Shown one piece after another: positions 7,613-15,907 of a stretch of DNA of 64,000 bases. The stretch lies in IMG/VR virus record IMGVR_UViG_3300010373_000003, positions 1 to 64,000 of that record; one strand, written 5' to 3'. Position 1 is the first letter of the stretch, and each line of letters begins with the position of its first letter. This DNA comes from a virus. The notes below the pieces were generated by a model, which saw nothing but the letters and a program-made list of their open reading frames with translations, was not told where the DNA came from and did not search any database. The position numbers and the translations under genes are program-made.

Positions 7613-8053
7613 ATGAGCATTAAAGTATATAATCAAAAGTCTAATATAACAGTTTATGATAATGTTAATATTAAACATGCTACTAAAGAAGAAGTATTGC
7701 ATTTAACTATAGACAATAATAAAGATTATTTAAGAACTATAATTAAAATTATTGCAGATAGTCTTTATCTTAATGATAGTGAAAGAGAATTATATTATAT
7801 ATTAAGTAGAGATACTGTTGATTGTTCTCCTGTAAATAAAGATAAAGTTATTAATACTACTTTATATGCTTTTAATAAAACTGCTGTAACTTATCATAGA
7901 GCTATTAAAAATCTTATTATTAAAGGAGTTATTAGATATCATAATAACTATAATGATATTAGTCTTACTAATACTTTTAATGTTAATACTATTACTAAAG
8001 GTATTAAATATATTGTTATAGATGTTAAAGATGCAGGAGATGATAGTGAATAA
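7613..8053 (+). CDS. winged-helix DNA-binding protein, RepL-like (146 aa; start MSIKVY)
   Basis: LNDSERELYYIL...TYHRAIKNLIIKGVIRY winged-HTH pattern; sits at the strand switch next to origin-like DNA. Confidence 0.55.
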   Translation: MSIKVYNQKSNITVYDNVNIKHATKEEVLHLTIDNNKDYLRTIIKIIADSLYLNDSERELYYILSRDTVDCSPVNKDKVINTTLYAFNKTAVTYHRAIKNLIIKGVIRYHNNYNDISLTNTFNVNTITKGIKYIVIDVKDAGDDSE

Positions 8054-8460
8054 TTTCGATATCCAAGCGCTGCACTTGTCAGGTACGATCCACCGTATAT
8101 TCCAACAGTTCCCCCATGTTCCTGTATATGCCGTACATATATTCCCATTTGGGTGTGGAGGTTGTAGGAGGTGAAGTACCAAGAGAACGAAGTAATGTTG
8201 GTGGTGGTAGTGGTGGTAAAGATAAGGGTACTTGTCGTGCGTCTAGTATGGGAGTAGTTGCTGAGGGTAGACCTGTTTTCGGTGGGTTGTTTATAATGGT
8301 AATACTTCGTCTCTTACTACGTAAGAGACTCAAAGGGCGCGCACACCCGTATACATGAGGCGCACACATATCGCATACACACGTACACTATACACACACG
8401 TATACACGCATACACGAGGCACATAACAGTATACTAATACTCGTACTTGTACTCATAATA
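8054..8460. other. non-coding origin-like region (GC-richer, strand-skewed, TACAC/RY repeats, perfect hairpin)
   Basis: G-rich 8151-8290; palindrome 8309-8329; alternating purine-pyrimidine tract 8337-8425. Confidence 0.45.
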
Positions 8461-8463
8461 TAT

Positions 8464-8493
8464 TTGGAAATGAGAAACCTGTTTTATATATTG
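8464..8493 (+). promoter_or_regulatory. putative Bacteroidota-type promoter TTG-N20-TATATTG
   Basis: Upstream of the plus-strand block starting at 8622. Confidence 0.4.
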
Positions 8494-8621
8494 GACTTAT
8501 TGTTAACCTTATATATGTTCTTATTATGGAAAATGTTACTGGTCTTAAACTAGGAGGAATTGTAGTTGTAACTACAACCTAGACTATTGTTGAATTAAAT
8601 GTTAAATTAAAAAGAAAAACT

Positions 8622-9197
8622 ATGTTACAAATTAAAAGTGTTGATAAACCTTATGGTATTAACTTTCCAACTTCTCTAAATGAGTTTACTCCTGAAGTTT
8701 TAACTAGTATTGCGGAGAGTGTTAAACTTCCTCCTTATTATGCTATTGTTGGTTTATGTTTTGAGATTAAGCTATTTGACTTTGCTATGAATATCCGATC
8801 TGGTAAATCTGGTAGTTCTCAAGTTGTTCCTATTCTTGTTAAAGCACATCAAGAAGATATGGATAAAAGAAATATATCTATTGGAGATAAAGTTATTGTA
8901 GATAGAAGTTCTTTAGAAAGAGGTGTTCATCTTAAATTACCTTTAGCTATTAGTGCTGATAATGCTACAGCTTATCTTAAAGATGATGAGAAGTTAATGA
9001 CTAATATCATTAAAGGTACTAATAAAGACGCTAAGGTTACTGATCCTATTATTCAAAATATGATTGATAACAAACACAATAGTATATTCATTATTGAATT
9101 TAAACTTATTGCAGCTACAGATATTGTTGCTTCTTTACACATTGACAGTAAAGTTGTTGATCCTTTTAAATTCAATCCTAAAGAACTAGTTTCTTAA
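8622..9197 (+). CDS. hypothetical protein (191 aa)
   Basis: ORF track; A-rich leader. Confidence 0.85.
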   Translation: MLQIKSVDKPYGINFPTSLNEFTPEVLTSIAESVKLPPYYAIVGLCFEIKLFDFAMNIRSGKSGSSQVVPILVKAHQEDMDKRNISIGDKVIVDRSSLERGVHLKLPLAISADNATAYLKDDEKLMTNIIKGTNKDAKVTDPIIQNMIDNKHNSIFIIEFKLIAATDIVASLHIDSKVVDPFKFNPKELVS

Positions 9198-9245
9198 AGT
9201 GTTAATAGTATATCTAATAAAGCTATAGAAGATCAATATTTGTGC

Positions 9246-9261
9246 TTCCTCTACGGGGGAG
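9246..9261 (+). repeat. dispersed 16-bp element, copy 3 (TTCCTCTACGGGGGAG)
   Basis: Intergenic, about 45 bp upstream of the HU/IHF-like gene. Confidence 0.9.
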
Positions 9262-9304
9262 GTACATTGATCTTTTACAGCAGAACAATCTAAACGATCT
9301 TATT

Positions 9305-9829
9305 ATGAATGATACTAAGTCCAATGATATAGATAATATTAATACTGAATATAGTATGGTTGTTAGGACTATGCCTGATGTATTATATCATGTCTCTAAA
9401 GATCCTATGGATAGACTTATATGTGAGTCTATTATAGATAATCTTGAAGAGACTGCTGCTAATGCTGTATTAGCGGATAAAGTTGTCCAACTTCCTTATA
9501 TAGGATGTATTAGACGCAATCCTATTAAGTTAGCTATTAAAGCTCAACATATTAATTTTAGTGCTGCTAGAAAAGTAATGACTACTGATCAGTATAAAGA
9601 TCATGTTAGAGAAGTCATTATTGATGTTAAAGAAAATCAAATTAAACTAGATAAGAATAAGTCATTTCTTAAAAAGTTTAAAGCTAAGAATCAAAAGAAG
9701 TATGACTCTTTGTATATTAGAATAGGTAAAGGTTATGCTGATATGTATATTCAATCTCTTCTTATGTTTAAAGAGATTCCATTTGATATTGAAGTACAGC
9801 AACATTTTGATAATTTAAATGGTTATTAA
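9305..9829 (+). CDS. HU/IHF-like DNA-binding protein with helical extension (174 aa; start MNDTKS)
   Basis: IIDNLEETAANAVLADKVVQLPYIGCI resembles the HU helix-2/strand pattern; crAss-like phages carry IHF-like genes in the structural block. Confidence 0.55.
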   Translation: MNDTKSNDIDNINTEYSMVVRTMPDVLYHVSKDPMDRLICESIIDNLEETAANAVLADKVVQLPYIGCIRRNPIKLAIKAQHINFSAARKVMTTDQYKDHVREVIIDVKENQIKLDKNKSFLKKFKAKNQKKYDSLYIRIGKGYADMYIQSLLMFKEIPFDIEVQQHFDNLNGY

Positions 9830-9832
9830 CAT

Positions 9833-10450
9833 ATGAAAACTACAGGTCTTGTTATTGAGAAACTATTAACTATTGATATTATCAGTGGTATAGCTAAACC
9901 TCCTAATATTCGTCAACTTCAAAACAAAGAAGTTTCTCTACTTTGGTCTAGAGATAATACTCCTGACAAATCTAGGTATATGAAAGAGGTTGGAGTTATA
10001 TACTATATGGGTGATCCTAAAAGTTCTCCTAGACAAAGAGGACTTAGCGATATTGAATGTCTTAAGGAAGCAATAGAAAACTATGATCTTCCTAAAGATT
10101 ATATACCTGATCATTTAGTTGCTAAACTAACAGGTATGTATTATGCTGAAAACATTACAGAAGCTGGAATGGTAATTGAATCATTACAACGTTCTGTACA
10201 TCTATCTGGAATAGCTTCTAATCGTATTACCGAATTACTTAATAAGAAGTTAAGTGGAGCTATTGATGAAAGTGAGATTACAGGTATATTAACTTTAATG
10301 GATGCTGTTAATAAACGAGTTATAGAACTTCCTATTCTTACTAAAGCTTTAGCTACTGCTTATGAGAATCTTAGAAATGAGAAAGAGGAACAACTAGGTA
10401 GAGGTAAACAAGTTATTCAAAGTTCTATGGATGCTGACGAAGATGATTAA
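9833..10450 (+). CDS. crAss-type conserved protein upstream of the terminase (possible small terminase subunit)
   Basis: LWSRDNTPDK..IYYMGDPKS pattern and helical C-terminus; function inferred from position only. Confidence 0.5.
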   Translation: MKTTGLVIEKLLTIDIISGIAKPPNIRQLQNKEVSLLWSRDNTPDKSRYMKEVGVIYYMGDPKSSPRQRGLSDIECLKEAIENYDLPKDYIPDHLVAKLTGMYYAENITEAGMVIESLQRSVHLSGIASNRITELLNKKLSGAIDESEITGILTLMDAVNKRVIELPILTKALATAYENLRNEKEEQLGRGKQVIQSSMDADEDD

Positions 10451-10453
10451 GAT

Positions 10454-10705
10454 ATGAAAGGTAAATCTAATTTTAAAAAGAAACTTAAACAGATTTCTAT
10501 TAATACTAAGAAAGTTGATAATCCTTATTATGATAATATTCCTTCTGGTGAAAAGTTTATTGAAGATTTTAATAAAGCTATTCAAGAAGTTATAGATAAT
10601 AATAATTCTGATAACTATTATAAAGAGACTAGATATAGTGATGGTTCTATTCTAATAGAATCTAAACATAATGGTAGAAGTTTAAATTTAATGGTAGAAG
10701 TTTAA
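10454..10705 (+). CDS. 83-aa protein with a capsid-like peptide; N-terminal part of a gene split by a 20-bp duplication
   Basis: Its stop lies within the second repeat unit. Confidence 0.65.
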   Translation: MKGKSNFKKKLKQISINTKKVDNPYYDNIPSGEKFIEDFNKAIQEVIDNNNSDNYYKETRYSDGSILIESKHNGRSLNLMVEV

Positions 10706-10714
10706 ATTTAATGG
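10671..10714 (+). repeat. perfect 20-bp tandem duplication (ATGGTAGAAGTTTAAATTTA x2 + ATGG)
   Basis: 10671-10690 is identical to 10691-10710. Confidence 0.95.
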
Positions 10715-10842
10715 GAGGTTCTGGTTTTACTAAAGAGTTTGATGAAGCTTTTGATAAAGCTATGAAAGAAGAAGCTGCTAAATTTAATTATACAATTGAT
10801 CCTAATATGTCTGTTAAAGACGCATTCAAAAATAAACAATAA
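10711..10842 (+). CDS. 43-aa ORF with a capsid-like peptide; C-terminal part of the split gene (not in ORF track)
   Basis: MGGSGFTKEFDEAFDKAMKEEAAKFNYTIDPNMSVKDAFKNKQ*; ends 6 bp before the next ATG. Confidence 0.65.
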   Translation: MGGSGFTKEFDEAFDKAMKEEAAKFNYTIDPNMSVKDAFKNKQ

Positions 10843-10848
10843 CGTTAT

Positions 10849-11847
10849 ATGCTAAAACTTAGAGATACTAGATACAATGATGTAAGGTTAATGTTTGACG
10901 AACCTACTCATAAATATACTGATACTTTTGGTAATCCTTACATTAGTACTACTACTATCCTTGGTCAGTATAAGAAAGCTTTTGATAAAAAGTATTGGCT
11001 TACTAAGAAGTCTAAGGAACTAGGTATTAGTGAAAAACGTCTTGAAGGACAATGGCAAACTATTACTGATGAAGCTTGTGCTCGTGGTAATAAAACCCAT
11101 AATGGAATTGAAGATGGTATTCGAGGTATATCTATGTTCAAAGAAGCAGTTAAACATATTAACAGATCGACTGGAGATATGGTTACTATTGCTGATATTC
11201 CTAATATCAATATGCATATTAAAGAACTTAGTATTAAAGATTTCATAGAGTGTACTGAAAATAAGTATCCTGAAATATATAGAGTTCTTCAATATTATGT
11301 TGATAACGGTTATAAGATTTATGCAGAGATTGGAGGATTTCTACTTGATTATCTTATATCTGGTACTATTGATGTTCTTATTATTCGTGATGATAGGTTT
11401 GTTATAGGAGATTGGAAAACTAATAGAGGGGGACTTAAGTTTACTTCTGGTTATTATAAAAAAGATAAGACTCAAACTCCTGCTCAAACTACTGACATAT
11501 GGGTTCCTAAGAATGATACTTTATTAGCTCCTGTTAATAATCTTCCTGAATGTAACGGAATGATATATAATCTTCAGTTATCATTATATGCCACTATGGT
11601 GGAAATTATACTAGGTATACCTAATGCTGGATTATGGTTAGCCCATATTGATTCTGACTTTGTTCTTAATGAGTATGGAATGCCTAAACGTTTTCCTGAT
11701 GGACTATATCATGTTAAAAAGAATCCTGTTGAGAAAGTTACTATTCACAAAATGAAATTTCTACGTGAGGAGATTAAAGCTATTTTTAATGATAGACGTA
11801 GAGTTATTGAAGCTAGTAAAGTTACAAGTCACACTTTATTTAATTAA
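10849..11847 (+). CDS. PD-(D/E)XK (RecB/Cas4-like) nuclease
   Basis: FDEPTHKY, YISTTTIL, RGNKTH, GTIDVL..IGDWKT and YNLQLSLYA motifs. Confidence 0.85.
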   Translation: MLKLRDTRYNDVRLMFDEPTHKYTDTFGNPYISTTTILGQYKKAFDKKYWLTKKSKELGISEKRLEGQWQTITDEACARGNKTHNGIEDGIRGISMFKEAVKHINRSTGDMVTIADIPNINMHIKELSIKDFIECTENKYPEIYRVLQYYVDNGYKIYAEIGGFLLDYLISGTIDVLIIRDDRFVIGDWKTNRGGLKFTSGYYKKDKTQTPAQTTDIWVPKNDTLLAPVNNLPECNGMIYNLQLSLYATMVEIILGIPNAGLWLAHIDSDFVLNEYGMPKRFPDGLYHVKKNPVEKVTIHKMKFLREEIKAIFNDRRRVIEASKVTSHTLFN

Positions 11848-11850
11848 CAT

Positions 11851-12300
11851 ATGAAAGTTAAATACAAAAAAACACTATGGAATTGTATAGATTATTCTGC
11901 TATATACATTCCTGCTATTGCTATAATACTTAGCTTATCTTGTTGTACAGAAGTTAAACGTCCTAGTGATGTTGCTGTTAAACCAATAGATGTATCTATT
12001 GCTGATACTGTTGGTAATAAGTATTCAGCTGATGCTGAAATGTTTGAGATAGCTAGAGAGTTTAATCTATCTAAAGATTCTTTAGAAGTTCTTAAAGATT
12101 CTATTATTAAAGTAAACGTAAGATTACTTAAAGCTATTAGTAGTAGAGACTCTGTTATTAGAGTTAATGTTTCTACTAAAGAAAAGTTAGCTGTTGCTGA
12201 ATATAAGATACTACGTATACGTGAGTATAATCGTATTGCTGCACAAGGTAATAACATTGTGTTTCTAAGAGGTTGGATAAGTCGTACCATTAATAAATAA
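11851..12300 (+). CDS. putative lipoprotein with coiled coil and a C-terminal GH108-type peptidoglycan-binding-like motif
   Basis: Hydrophobic segment ending LSLSCC; C-terminus YKILRIREYNRIAAQGNNIVFLRGWISR. Confidence 0.6.
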   Translation: MKVKYKKTLWNCIDYSAIYIPAIAIILSLSCCTEVKRPSDVAVKPIDVSIADTVGNKYSADAEMFEIAREFNLSKDSLEVLKDSIIKVNVRLLKAISSRDSVIRVNVSTKEKLAVAEYKILRIREYNRIAAQGNNIVFLRGWISRTINK

Positions 12301-12302
12301 TT

Positions 12303-12536
12303 ATGTCTAAGAAAATTAAGTATGAAGTATTAGGTCATACATTCAACGGTAATGTTGATTATAATAATAGCAAAGATAGATATTATAAATATGATATTCG
12401 TATTAATAAATCTACTGATAATACTCAAAGATTATGGCAAGGTATTGCTAAAGGTCTTGATAAGTATGAAGAGTTTGAAACAACTCGTAATCCTATTAAG
12501 AAATGGTTTATTGGTTGGTTTATGGGTTTTAAATAA
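12303..12536 (+). CDS. hypothetical protein (77 aa)
   Basis: Packed between lysis-related genes; amphipathic C-terminus. Confidence 0.65.
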   Translation: MSKKIKYEVLGHTFNGNVDYNNSKDRYYKYDIRINKSTDNTQRLWQGIAKGLDKYEEFETTRNPIKKWFIGWFMGFK

Positions 12537-12545
12537 TATATTACT

Positions 12546-12995
12546 ATGAATAATTACTTTGATCAATCCTTTAAAGAACTTATACTTGATGAAGGAGGAT
12601 ATGCTAATAACCCTAATGATACTGGTAAAGAAACTTATCTAGGTGTTAGTAGAGTTCATAATCCTAAAGCTAAGATGTGGGGGATTATAGATAATATTAA
12701 GAAAGATATTAAGAACTTAAATACTTCTGCGGGAGTTGCAGAACTTAATAGAAAACTTAAAGCTATACCTGCTATTGTTAATGAGGTTAAACAAATATAC
12801 AAACGTAATTACTGGGATGTTATTCAATTAGACCAACTTAATAGTAAAGCTTTATGTCATCAAATATTTGATGAAGCTGTTAATGCAGGTGTATCTTTAG
12901 CTATTAAGCTTGCTGAAGAACTTGTAGGTTTACCTAAGACTGGTAAGTATAGTAATCTTTTACTTGAAAAACTTAAAGTATATGGAGCTGAATAA
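12546..12995 (+). CDS. endolysin, glycoside hydrolase family 108 catalytic domain
   Basis: EGGYANNPNDTGKETYLGV, YKRNYWD and FDEAVNAGV motifs. Confidence 0.9.
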   Translation: MNNYFDQSFKELILDEGGYANNPNDTGKETYLGVSRVHNPKAKMWGIIDNIKKDIKNLNTSAGVAELNRKLKAIPAIVNEVKQIYKRNYWDVIQLDQLNSKALCHQIFDEAVNAGVSLAIKLAEELVGLPKTGKYSNLLLEKLKVYGAE

Positions 12996-13281
12996 ATATA
13001 GTCTAATATCATTTGGGTTAGGATTGCTAGTAGGTATGCTGGTTATAAGTTTGTTAGATAAGAAATTTGGTCCTACCGGAGAATTACTTAAACAACCTGA
13101 CACAACCTATAACAAAGTTAAACTTGATAGCATTAATGTTCAAATAGGTAAACACGATACCACAATTTATAAACTTAATATTAAACTTAAAGATGATGTT
13201 GAAAAGAGCTATCAATTGTCTGATAGTGCTACTGTTGATCTGTTCCGTAAACTTAGTACAGGGACAGATAAAGATAAGTAA
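12982..13281 (+). CDS. spanin-like membrane protein with N-terminal TM (99 aa; start MELNKY)
   Basis: Overlaps the endolysin stop; TM LISFGLGLLVGMLVISLL. Confidence 0.55.
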   Translation: MELNKYSLISFGLGLLVGMLVISLLDKKFGPTGELLKQPDTTYNKVKLDSINVQIGKHDTTIYKLNIKLKDDVEKSYQLSDSATVDLFRKLSTGTDKDK

Positions 13282-13618
13282 GCCGATTGTTCTCTCTACG
13301 GGGGAGATACTAAAATCAGATACGTCTAAAGTTACTATTCCAATTAGTTATATACGTGATGCTAATGCTAAACTTATAGAACGTAATTATCTTATTAAGA
13401 TTAATGCTGAACAAGATTCTGTTATTAAACTTAATAAACTTTATGCTAAAGAACAAGATGTTATTATTAAAGACTTTCAACTTAGATTGTATGAAAGTAA
13501 TATGTATAATAGTCAACTTGAAAAAGATATTATTAAACAGAGAAATAAAACTAAGATTTTAACAGGAGTATCTGGTGTTAGTATACTAGTTGTTATTATA
13601 TCTTTGTTTGTTAAATAA
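13193..13618 (+). CDS. spanin-like protein: signal peptide, coiled coil, C-terminal TM
   Basis: Overlaps the previous gene by 89 bp, reminiscent of Rz/Rz1 pairs. Confidence 0.55.
   Translation: MMLKRAINCLIVLLLICSVNLVQGQIKISKPIVLSTGEILKSDTSKVTIPISYIRDANAKLIERNYLIKINAEQDSVIKLNKLYAKEQDVIIKDFQLRLYESNMYNSQLEKDIIKQRNKTKILTGVSGVSILVVIISLFVK
13291..13306 (+). repeat. dispersed 16-bp element, copy 4 (TCTCTCTACGGGGGAG)
   Basis: 14/16 match; encodes LSTGE. Confidence 0.8.
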
Positions 13619-13633
13619 ACTATTATTGATTAT

Positions 13634-15877
13634 ATGGAAAGTTATCCTTTTTTAGATTATATCAATGAAGATAAATCTCATTATAAAACTGCTAGAGAAG
13701 CAGGATATGTTGATCCTGATGATCTATTTCTAATTGGGAATAGTGGTGGATTCTTATTGAATATTAATGCTGGTAATAGTTTTATTAATACTGAGTTATT
13801 TTATGAAGTTGCTGATTATCATAGAGCTAATAAATCATATACTCAATATAAGATAGATTCTATTCCTCATAGACAGTTTCGTAAACGAGAACAACATAGG
13901 AGAAAGCATGGATTCTCTGCTCCTTGTTTAAGGTTAGATGATGGTACTGTTAAAAATATTCGTATTACAGGTTCTCATTATAACTTTCTTAATTATACTA
14001 GAATTGAGCAATTAAATGAGGCTACTATTCAAAGAGGTAATACTAATACTGCTGAGAAACATTATGACTTTCCTAAGTTTATTGATGCTCAATATTGGAC
14101 ATTCCATGTTATGGAGTTCTGTAGAAAGAATGGTTTCCATCTTATTATTGATAAGACTAGACGTGGAGGTTTCTCATATATTATGGCTGCCGATAGTTCT
14201 AATACTGTTAATGCTGAATCAAGAAAAGTTGCTATACATGTTGCTGTAGATAAAAAGTATCTTACAATGACAGGAGGTTTAACTGATTTTGCTGTTGCTA
14301 ATCTTAGATCTTTTGAACAGAACACTCCTTTTGTTAGAGGTATACTTAGTCCTATTAAGTCTGACTTTAAACTTGGATATAAACTTACTGATGGTACAGA
14401 AGCAGATAAGAGTTGGAGAAGTGCTTTACTCTCTGTATCTGCTTTTAATAATCCTGATTGTGCTATTGGTAAGGATGCTGTATCTGTTAAAGTTGAAGAG
14501 ATATCAACTATGGATAACTTTGATAAATTTATGGAAGTTACTGAACCAGCTATGAGAACTGGTGCTTATACCACTGGATTCCTTTGTGCTTGGGGTACTG
14601 CTACATCCGGTAATATGCAAGTCTTTGAACAGAACTTTTATAATCCTAGAGCTTATAATTTTATAGCATTTGAGAATGTTTGGGATAAAGATTCTCGTGG
14701 TGAGGTTTGTGGATTCTTTAAACCTTATTGTTGGGGACTACAAGGAGAAGTAAAAGGAACTATGGGTATGGATCAATACGGTAATAGTAATATTCTTGTA
14801 GGTCTTCAAATAGCTAAAGGTGAACGTGAGAGAAAGAAAGCTAATAGTAAGACTTATGCTGAATATATTAATTATCTTGGTCAGTATGCAAATATGCCTT
14901 CTGAATCATTTAGTAATGCTTCTGAAAATATATTTAGTTCTGAGGAACTTACTCTTTGGGAGAATATACTTAAGACTGATAATGATTATAAGTTTTATGT
15001 TGATGGAGCTTATGAACAAGATTCTAATAACATTCTTAAGTTTAAAAGTAATGTTCGTTTAAGAGCTGAAGGTAAGAAAGCTTACGATTATATTGTTGGT
15101 GTTCCTAGAAGAGGTCATGAAGATCCTCATGGTTGTATTAGAAGATGGTTTGCTCCTGAACATATTGAAGAGATACAACCTAATGGTAACACTAAGAAAG
15201 TTATTCCTCCTGGGTTATATGAAATAACATATGACCCTGTTGGTGTTGATAAAGCTAAAAATGAAATTACTAATAAACATTCTCATAATAGTATTAAAGT
15301 TTGGATGAATCCTCATTATCTTAATGGGTTTAAACAAAAGCTTGTTGCTGTTTATTATGGTCGTCCTGATAAGTTAGAAGATGCAGATAGAATTGCTTTA
15401 CATTTAGCAATGGATTATAATTGTATTCGTACTACTAATGTTGAGGTCAATAGAGGTGAGACTGTTAGTAACTTTAAAAAATGGGGAGGATTGAAGTATC
15501 TATCTTATGAACCTATCTTTCTTTGGGATGCTACTCTTAAAGGAAAATTTGGTTCTACTTATGGATATAATATTTCTGGTGGTGATCGTAAGTTAGAAGC
15601 TATTCGACTTACTAAAGAGTTTATGTATGAGGAGATAGGTAAAGATGAACATGGTAATCCTATTAGGAATTTTCATCGTATATATGACTATCAAACTATT
15701 GTTGAATTTAAAAAGTGGAGTTCTGTTGGTAACTTTGATAGAGTGTCTGAAACTCTACTTAGAGGTATAAGTTGGAAAGCTAGAAAAGCTCTTGCTGAGA
15801 GTCAGCTTACAAATACAGTTGCTCTTACAGGAGACAATGTAGATAAACATGATATTTTAAATAGAGAATGGTTTTAA
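13634..15877 (+). CDS. terL: terminase large subunit
   Basis: DKTRRGGFSY Walker A, KVEEI Walker B, WGT coupling motif, YDPVGVD and NFDRV nuclease motifs; directly before the portal. Confidence 0.92.
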   Translation: MESYPFLDYINEDKSHYKTAREAGYVDPDDLFLIGNSGGFLLNINAGNSFINTELFYEVADYHRANKSYTQYKIDSIPHRQFRKREQHRRKHGFSAPCLRLDDGTVKNIRITGSHYNFLNYTRIEQLNEATIQRGNTNTAEKHYDFPKFIDAQYWTFHVMEFCRKNGFHLIIDKTRRGGFSYIMAADSSNTVNAESRKVAIHVAVDKKYLTMTGGLTDFAVANLRSFEQNTPFVRGILSPIKSDFKLGYKLTDGTEADKSWRSALLSVSAFNNPDCAIGKDAVSVKVEEISTMDNFDKFMEVTEPAMRTGAYTTGFLCAWGTATSGNMQVFEQNFYNPRAYNFIAFENVWDKDSRGEVCGFFKPYCWGLQGEVKGTMGMDQYGNSNILVGLQIAKGERERKKANSKTYAEYINYLGQYANMPSESFSNASENIFSSEELTLWENILKTDNDYKFYVDGAYEQDSNNILKFKSNVRLRAEGKKAYDYIVGVPRRGHEDPHGCIRRWFAPEHIEEIQPNGNTKKVIPPGLYEITYDPVGVDKAKNEITNKHSHNSIKVWMNPHYLNGFKQKLVAVYYGRPDKLEDADRIALHLAMDYNCIRTTNVEVNRGETVSNFKKWGGLKYLSYEPIFLWDATLKGKFGSTYGYNISGGDRKLEAIRLTKEFMYEEIGKDEHGNPIRNFHRIYDYQTIVEFKKWSSVGNFDRVSETLLRGISWKARKALAESQLTNTVALTGDNVDKHDILNREWF

Positions 15878-15907
15878 ATAATTGTTAATGTTAATATATA
15901 AAATGAT

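Noticed and set aside
10849-11847. Cas4 as part of a CRISPR-Cas system
   Set aside because: No array or other cas genes and no four-Cys cluster; a stand-alone phage PD-(D/E)XK nuclease is more likely
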